The position numbers and the translations under genes were made by a program. A DNA stretch of 11,955 bases from a virus: UHGV virus genome UHGV-0104567; one strand, written 5' to 3'. Positions 7,231-11,955 of the stretch are shown in pieces. The first letter of the stretch is position 1. Each line of letters begins with the position of its first letter. The notes below the pieces were generated by a model. The model was not told the DNA's origin and searched no databases. It saw only the letters and a list, made by a program, of their open reading frames with translations.

Positions 7231-7650
7231 TTACTTCTGAATGCTTTGGATGATGTTGGAAACGTCATCCTTGAGGAGATCTAGCTCTTTAAGGGTGGCT
7301 TTTGCGTGAACGATGAGGCGAAGCTTTTCTGCTTCAGGCATCTGGTTGAATAATGAGAGCAAAGCGATTTCTTTTTCATCCAGTTGCCGTGGAGGTTCAT
7401 GCATGCTCAGGTCATCATCACCTGCATCAGGCGGCATAAAAAACCAATGCTCTGGTTTACCTGTGGCAGCTGCAAGGCGTTTCAACCTTTCACCTCGAGG
7501 CGCAGACTCACCTTTAGCCCATTGCTGAACTGCCTGGGGAGTAACCATGGCTCTCCTGGCTATATCAGACATGTTCCAGCCGAATTCATCTTTGATGAGC
7601 TGAAGTCGGTAGGCGAACGCTTCATGAGGTGCTTTTTTCATGGCAATCAT
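7231..7650 (-). CDS. racR: Prophage repressor, XRE-family HTH (RacR-like)
   Basis: HTH segment WNMSDIARRAMVTPQAVQQWAKGE; divergent from a YdaS/YdaT-like pair, as for racR in Rac. Start ambiguous: in-frame ATGs at 7695, 7677, 7650 and 7641, none with a clear SD (possibly leaderless). I chose 7650 because it keeps the 14-bp palindrome intergenic and gives a typical XRE N-terminus. Confidence 0.7.
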   Translation of the reverse strand: MIAMKKAPHEAFAYRLQLIKDEFGWNMSDIARRAMVTPQAVQQWAKGESAPRGERLKRLAAATGKPEHWFFMPPDAGDDDLSMHEPPRQLDEKEIALLSLFNQMPEAEKLRLIVHAKATLKELDLLKDDVSNIIQSIQK

Positions 7651-7680
7651 TCTACAAGGTAGCCTTTCATAGTGCATTGC

Positions 7681-7716
7681 AAATATTATTTTCATTCTTG
7701 ATTGAAAATAATATTT
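7681..7716. promoter_or_regulatory. Operator-like perfect inverted repeat (14-bp arms AAATATTATTTTCA / TGAAAATAATATTT, 8-bp spacer) in the divergent repressor / cro-like control region
   Basis: Read directly. Sits within five TTTCAT repeats (7636-7641, 7665-7670, 7690-7695, 7715-7720, 7735-7740). Candidate -35 TTGATT (7698-7703) and -10 TGTAAT (7723-7728) lie upstream of the cro-like gene, whose SD is GAGG. Confidence 0.5.
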
Positions 7717-7756
7717 TCATGTTGTAATCTCATTTTTCATTCACTGAGGGCTGGAT

Positions 7757-7984
7757 ATGACCAAATCAATCAAACAGCGAGTATGCGATGTCATGACTCA
7801 AACAGAGATCGCCAAGAGTCTTGGCACAACTTCTCAAGCTGTAAGTCTATGGCTGAACCATGAGGTTCCCGCGCATCGAGTGCTCCCGATTTGCAAGTTA
7901 TTGGGATGGAAAATCACTCCACATGAAGTACGTAGTGACATTTATCCCAATCCTACAGACGGGCTGCCAAAACAGGAGTCCTGA
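7757..7984 (+). CDS. ydaS: Cro-like HTH regulator, YdaS family
   Basis: 75 aa; TEIAKSLGTTSQAVSLWLNHEVPAHRVLPICKLLGW matches the YdaS/Cro-type HTH pattern. Divergent from the repressor and followed 3 bp later by the YdaT-like gene. Confidence 0.7.
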   Translation: MTKSIKQRVCDVMTQTEIAKSLGTTSQAVSLWLNHEVPAHRVLPICKLLGWKITPHEVRSDIYPNPTDGLPKQES

Positions 7985-7986
7985 CC

Positions 7987-8529
7987 ATGCATGCCATTTC
8001 ATATCAACAAAATACCGGAATAACTCCGGTGGCGATGATAAATCGCAATCAGCCAAGTGCGGCAGATAAGCACGAACAGATCCGCGATGCCGTTCGTGCC
8101 TGGGCCGCATCACTGGATAACCAGGATGTGGTTGCCGGAATCATCGTTGAAGAATGGGAGAGACAGGGCGGTGCCGGGCTGGATTTTCCAGAAGACCTGA
8201 GCCGTAAGCGTCAGAAACTCTTCCGATGGCTCGATGGTGATACGGAGTATGCGCGCAAAAACATCAGCCAGCTGTCACCCGCGATCCTCGCCGTTCTACC
8301 GCTTGAGTTCCGTGGCCGCCTGGTACCCCAAGACTGCTTTATGACGCGTTATGCAGCGATGGAGAAGGAGATCGGCGAAGCGAAACGCGCGGTAATTCTG
8401 AGGGCGCCACAGCATCAGCTGGTGAAAGAGGTGAGAGAGGGCATTGAACACCTGCTGGCGCTTCTGCCAGGGGAGGCTGTTGTTCAGGTTCTGAGTGGTC
8501 TCGCGGTAATGAGCCCGGGCGTAATGTGA
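7987..8529 (+). CDS. ydaT: YdaT-family protein (historically annotated as toxin YdaT; CII-like regulator by analogy)
   Basis: 180 aa; segment EEWERQGGAGLDFPEDLSRKRQKLFRWLDGDTEYARKNISQLSPAILAVLPLEFRGRL fits my recollection of the YdaT family. SD AGGAG 8 nt upstream of the ATG. Confidence 0.7.
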   Translation: MHAISYQQNTGITPVAMINRNQPSAADKHEQIRDAVRAWAASLDNQDVVAGIIVEEWERQGGAGLDFPEDLSRKRQKLFRWLDGDTEYARKNISQLSPAILAVLPLEFRGRLVPQDCFMTRYAAMEKEIGEAKRAVILRAPQHQLVKEVREGIEHLLALLPGEAVVQVLSGLAVMSPGVM

Positions 8530-8670
8530 GGTGCGCAGTGAATCATGTCGAATTTAAGGTGAAAGCCGCGGTGCGCGAACACCAACGGCTTTCGGGTGCA
8601 AAAACGCGACGTAATTGCGAGGTCATTATGACAAACGCATGTACTAAACACCAGGCAAAAGGGGCATAGC

Positions 8671-9720
8671 ATGTCGAATGTCGCTTATGCCGATTTTGCG
8701 GCACGTAGTGCCATCAGGAGCAACCGGATGGAGAACCAGAAGACCGGATTCATCCCGTTGTACCGGAGCGTACTGAAGAAGCCCTGGGCGAAAGATGTGT
8801 TCCTGCGCACGCTGTGGGAGAACCTTCTTTTGGGGGCTGCGCGCCAGCCCTACACGGCAAACTTTAAAGGCCGTCAATGGCCATTACAAACCGGACAACT
8901 GGTAACCACCTCGGCCGATTTGGGGCTGAAATTATGCGACAGGGAAGGGAAGCCATGTAGTCGTCACGCCGTGGATAGAATGCTGGATATTTTCGAGCGT
9001 GAAGGAATGATTTCTCGCTATGGAGAGAAGCGAAAAGGCACTGTGATAACCATCACAAATTATGAGCAATACGCTCAAAAAACGAGCGATTTACCCGCGC
9101 AATTCCCCGCGCATATTGCCGAGCATTACCCAGCGCATGACGAAGCCAGCAGTGGTGCGGCTTGCGGAGGGTATGCCGCGCATTTACCCGCGAATAAGAC
9201 CGCGCATTTCACCGAGAATCATGAACAACAATGTAATAACAACAATATAAATAATAAGATCTCTTCGTCTCGGAATTCTGATGAATCCCGAAACGAGGCA
9301 ACTCAAAAATTCCTCTCTCGTCACCCTGAAGCTGCTGACGGAATCTACACGCCTGCAGGTAAGTCATGGGGCACCGCTGACGATCTCAAAGCCGCTCGCT
9401 GGATTCATTCCCTGCGCCTGACGGTCAATTCCAGCCTGAGCGAGCCGAAGTGGGTCGAATGGGCTAACACAATCCGTCTGATGCGCGTCCAGGACAACCG
9501 TACTCACTTCGAGATTTGCGACCTGTTCAAGTGGGCCAACAAGGATGATTTCTGGAAAGACAACATCCTGAGCCCATCAAGCCTGCGCAGGAAGTGGGAC
9601 GACCTGACAACCAAGCGCCTGCGCAGCGGTGGACAGGCAATGAAGTCCAATGCGAAGGGCAAGATCGATTTCAACAACACAGACTGGATAAACGGGGTGT
9701 TCGATGAAAAGTCTTTCTGA
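8671..9720 (+). CDS. Phage replication initiator / replisome organiser (lambda O functional analogue; winged-helix N-terminal domain, low-complexity linker, conserved C-terminal domain)
   Basis: 349 aa; SD AAAAGGGG. Immediately upstream of and overlapping the P-like gene. Contains iteron-like repeats and an AT-rich tract in the linker-coding region. An alternative ATG at 8728 has SD AGGAG. Confidence 0.75.
   Translation: MSNVAYADFAARSAIRSNRMENQKTGFIPLYRSVLKKPWAKDVFLRTLWENLLLGAARQPYTANFKGRQWPLQTGQLVTTSADLGLKLCDREGKPCSRHAVDRMLDIFEREGMISRYGEKRKGTVITITNYEQYAQKTSDLPAQFPAHIAEHYPAHDEASSGAACGGYAAHLPANKTAHFTENHEQQCNNNNINNKISSSRNSDESRNEATQKFLSRHPEAADGIYTPAGKSWGTADDLKAARWIHSLRLTVNSSLSEPKWVEWANTIRLMRVQDNRTHFEICDLFKWANKDDFWKDNILSPSSLRRKWDDLTTKRLRSGGQAMKSNAKGKIDFNNTDWINGVFDEKSF
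9087..9265 (+). repeat. Iteron-like direct repeats (TTACCCGCGCA family) followed by a roughly 45-bp AT-rich tract; candidate origin of replication inside the initiator gene
   Basis: CCGCGCA at 9095-9101, 9107-9113, 9176-9182 and 9200-9206, plus variants CCCAGCGCA (9129-9137) and CCCGCGAA (9187-9194), most preceded by TTAC/TTCC. AT-rich tract at about 9221-9265. Confidence 0.55.
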
Positions 9721-10393
9721 GCAGTTGATGAACTGTGATCGCGAGAATTTCCGCCGCATCGCAAACGGTATGCCCGAGGCGCCGGCGGAACGCCCGCAGG
9801 TTGAGCAGACGGCCGAAATTTTTAACGCCCTATTCAGCGCATTGCGCGCCGCGTTCCCGGCCAGCTTGCACAGCTTTAACGACCAGGCCGAGTTCAACGA
9901 GCTGCGTCGCCAGTGGGTGCTGGCATTCCGTGAAAATGGGATCACTACCATGGAGCAGGTGAGCGCCGGTCTGCGAGTGGCCCGCCGCCAGGAGCGCCCA
10001 TTCCTGCCGTCGCCGGGCCAGTTCGTCGCCTGGTGCAAGCAGAGCGGCGGCGCGCTGGGCGTCAACGTTGACCAGGTGATCGCCGAATACTGGGACTGGC
10101 GTAACCGCTCGTTCGAATTCATCTCCAGCGAGCAATTTCCATGGTCGCAGCCGGTCATGTACCACATTTGCGTAGAATTGCGCCACCGCAGCACCGAGCG
10201 CCAGTTAACGCATGGTGAACTGGCACGCGAGGCAGGCGATCTGCTGGACATGTGGGAAAGGCGCGTCACCGAGGGTAAGCCAGTGCCGCCGGTACGCCGG
10301 GCTATTGCCGCACCAGCTGCCGAGCAAGGGCCGACGCCGATCCAGCTGCTGCTGGCCAAGTACAACCGCAACAAGTCGAACGGGATGGTGTGA
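9704..10393 (+). CDS. Lambda P-like replication protein (DnaB helicase loader)
   Basis: 229 aa; long collinear similarity to lambda P as I recall it, e.g. CDRENFRRIANGMPE and RRQWVLAFRENGITTMEQVSAGLRVARRQERPFLPSPGQFVAWC. Start overlaps the 3' end of the initiator gene by 17 bp. Confidence 0.85.
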   Translation: MKSLSEQLMNCDRENFRRIANGMPEAPAERPQVEQTAEIFNALFSALRAAFPASLHSFNDQAEFNELRRQWVLAFRENGITTMEQVSAGLRVARRQERPFLPSPGQFVAWCKQSGGALGVNVDQVIAEYWDWRNRSFEFISSEQFPWSQPVMYHICVELRHRSTERQLTHGELAREAGDLLDMWERRVTEGKPVPPVRRAIAAPAAEQGPTPIQLLLAKYNRNKSNGMV

Positions 10394-10394
10394 G

Positions 10395-10736
10395 ATGGCC
10401 ATAACAATTCGTGAGCAACTGCTGGCAGCACTGCGTAATAACCCAGGGCTTAACTCCGCGCTACTGGCCTCAATGGTTGGCATGACCAGCAAAAAGATAT
10501 CGGGAACGATTAGCGCACTGATGGCCGATGGGTTGATTTCCTGTGAAGGCCGCTATGGCCAGCGTCTGTATAGCCTGACCAGTTACGGAATGCGCTATGC
10601 AGCTGACACAGTACCAGGCAGGAAGATTGGCACGACGAAGTTAATTCAGCGGACGGACACAAACGTGATCTGCCAGGAGTGCCGCAATAGCGCGGTGATG
10701 AAACGAATTTTAAGCGTATACGGGGTGAGAGCATGA
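10395..10736 (+). CDS. Hypothetical protein, possible winged-helix DNA-binding fold (113 aa)
   Basis: ATG 1 bp after the P stop; the track ORF's 5' extension (from 10212) overlaps P in another frame and is rejected. Stop overlaps the next start (ATGA). Confidence 0.5.
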   Translation: MAITIREQLLAALRNNPGLNSALLASMVGMTSKKISGTISALMADGLISCEGRYGQRLYSLTSYGMRYAADTVPGRKIGTTKLIQRTDTNVICQECRNSAVMKRILSVYGVRA

Positions 10737-11164
10737 AACCAACCTATGAAGAACTTGAGCAGCAGCTTGCAGAATCACATCGCGCTCTGCGTGCAGAGAC
10801 TACTGCTCACGATCACGTGAAGATGCATCTGGAGAAGATGGCTGCGGAGAATGTGGGGCTGAAAGAATATCTGGCCCCAGTAGGGCTAGCGGTAGAGGGA
10901 ACCCCAGCAACAGACGCTTTCCTGGCTGAAGTGCGGGCGCAAGCCCACAAGGAAGGCGCTCACTTTGTTGCTAACAGGATGCTGGCCGCATGGGAGGCTG
11001 GGTTTATCGATGATACGGCGAAGAACGCAGCTGATATTGCGAGAATGATCCTTACCTCCACAGAGTTTATGGCTGATGCTCCCGAAGGTGATTACGATCG
11101 CTCGTTCGCTGATGGCGTACTCGAAGACATCGCTGCCCAGCTTCGCAAAGGAGTGCAGTCATGA
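10733..11164 (+). CDS. Hypothetical phage protein with N-terminal coiled-coil-like segment (143 aa)
   Basis: ATGA overlap with the upstream gene; stop overlaps the next start. No family recognised. Confidence 0.55.
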   Translation: MKPTYEELEQQLAESHRALRAETTAHDHVKMHLEKMAAENVGLKEYLAPVGLAVEGTPATDAFLAEVRAQAHKEGAHFVANRMLAAWEAGFIDDTAKNAADIARMILTSTEFMADAPEGDYDRSFADGVLEDIAAQLRKGVQS

Positions 11165-11346
11165 AAAACCGTAAAGCAAAAATCATCGTTCTGCGTGCTT
11201 TGAGAAACTGCTATCCGCGCCAGTGGCTGAACGTAAGCAATCGCCGCATGGTTCTCTTCTCGCTCGGTGGCGTGACCCGCGAAGGGCATCAATTCAAAAA
11301 TAGCTCAGCCCAGAATCGCTGGAAGAATCATGTGAGGTTCCAATGA
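11161..11346 (+). CDS. Hypothetical small basic protein (61 aa)
   Basis: Strong SD GGAG 7 nt upstream; ATGA-coupled at both ends. Confidence 0.5.
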   Translation: MKNRKAKIIVLRALRNCYPRQWLNVSNRRMVLFSLGGVTREGHQFKNSSAQNRWKNHVRFQ

Positions 11347-11729
11347 GCAACATCGACAAACGTGGATTACGGGAAGCAGCGGAGAAGGCGACGAAAGGCC
11401 GGTGGGCTGTTGAGTTCGACGATGAGATTTACTCCACTGACGGCGTGAACCATGAGCAAATAGCCATGGTATTCAGTGAAAACGAAGCGCGTGATGCTGC
11501 ATTTATCGCCGCAGCCAACCCCGCCACCGTGCTGGCGCTGCTGGATGAGCTGGAAGCCGCAGAGAAGCGCATAGCAGAACTGGAGGCGCGGACGGTGAAG
11601 CTGCCCGAATATCGCAATTCACCGGACATGCACACAAAACAGTTTTATGAGGCTATCGGATTTAATCAGGGGCTTGATGTTTTCATAGAAGCACTCCGCG
11701 CCGCTGGCATTGGCGTGAAGGGGGAGTGA
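11343..11729 (+). CDS. Ead/Ea22-like protein
   Basis: 128 aa; motif AAANPATVLALLDELEAAEKRIAELEA matches my recollection of the Ead/Ea22-like family. SD GAGG 5 nt upstream. Confidence 0.6.
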   Translation: MSNIDKRGLREAAEKATKGRWAVEFDDEIYSTDGVNHEQIAMVFSENEARDAAFIAAANPATVLALLDELEAAEKRIAELEARTVKLPEYRNSPDMHTKQFYEAIGFNQGLDVFIEALRAAGIGVKGE

Positions 11730-11730
11730 G

Positions 11731-11922
11731 ATGGATAAATTAATCAAACCTACTACCAAAGGTAAACATGATGGTTCATGTGATTATCTTTGCTCGGACG
11801 ATGCGCGATTCATCGTTATGCGCGGCGATTATACGGAAGCGGAAATAATTCAGGCTTCTGTGTACCAAGATGTAATCGACTCGGATGGCGCGGCTGATTT
11901 TGACCTGCTCCCCGTTGATTAG
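11731..11922 (+). CDS. Hypothetical small acidic protein (63 aa)
   Basis: SD GGGGGAG directly upstream; ATG 2 bp after the previous stop. Confidence 0.5.
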   Translation: MDKLIKPTTKGKHDGSCDYLCSDDARFIVMRGDYTEAEIIQASVYQDVIDSDGAADFDLLPVD

Positions 11923-11955
11923 TACACCCCGATGTTAGTAATGTCTTCATAAGCC

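Larger units (their letters stand above)
1..11955. mobile_element. Lambdoid / Rac-like prophage early region (integration, RecET recombination, immunity switch, replication, start of accessory ead-like region); element boundaries lie outside the window
   Basis: Gene content and order int - xis - recT - recE - small Zn ORF - kil-position gene - repressor - cro-like - cII-like (YdaT) - O-like - P-like match the established organisation of the E. coli Rac prophage and lambdoid early regions. Integrase starts about 50 bp from the window edge. Confidence 0.8.

Noticed and set aside
7757-8529. Calling the YdaS/YdaT-like pair a type II toxin-antitoxin system
   Set aside because: Family names suggest it, but the gene order, the Cro-like HTH of the first product and the position next to the repressor fit a Cro/CII-type regulatory pair equally well. 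Sequence alone cannot decide, so no TA claim is made.
9087-9213. Short direct repeats in the initiator gene considered as a possible CRISPR array
   Set aside because: Repeat units are only about 11-12 bp, irregularly spaced, without unique spacers of regular length, and lie inside a coding region next to an AT-rich tract. This fits origin iterons, not CRISPR.
10212-10394. 5' extension of the 10395-10736 ORF back to 10212
   Set aside because: The extension overlaps the 3' third of the P-like gene in another frame and encodes an Arg/Cys/Ser-rich peptide. The ATG at 10395 sits 1 bp after the P stop, as expected for coupled genes.
9577-10431. 284-aa minus-strand ORF antisense to the P-like gene, plus shorter antisense ORFs at 9830-10186 and 10205-10492
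   Set aside because: The plus-strand frame matches lambda P along its length; the antisense products are Ala/Arg/Ser-rich with no start-site support.
1-11955. tRNA or other structured RNA gene at the integrase-proximal edge or elsewhere
   Set aside because: No region with tRNA-like cloverleaf complementarity and a T-loop/CCA-like 3' end was recognisable by eye. The att partner may lie just outside the window, so absence here is not informative.

Overview
This 11,955-bp window reads as the early region of a lambdoid, Rac-like prophage from an enterobacterial genome; no structural or lysis genes, rRNA, tRNA or CRISPR array were seen. All calls rest on reading the sequence and recalled family signatures, since no database search could be run. 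Left to right: (1) a P4/Rac-type tyrosine integrase (+) preceded by three TGTGTAC direct repeats at the window edge; (2) a leftward block with an AlpA/Xis-like gene, a small ORF, RecT and a 969-aa RecE-like exonuclease (RecET module), then a 53-aa zinc-ribbon ORF missing from the supplied track and a kil-position small gene; (3) an oppositely oriented AT-rich zinc-ribbon ORF and a small basic ORF; (4) a RacR-like repressor divergent from a YdaS (Cro-like) / YdaT (CII-like) pair, with a perfect 14-bp inverted repeat in the switch region; (5) an O-like initiator whose linker-coding region carries an iteron cluster plus AT-rich tract (candidate origin), overlapping a lambda-P-like helicase loader; (6) five tightly coupled small ORFs including an Ead/Ea22-like protein. 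I did not find a convincing multi-gene novel defence system. The most novel-looking candidates are the small accessory ORFs at about 5.9-7.1 kb and 10.4-11.9 kb, plus the repeat architecture inside recE and the O-like gene.
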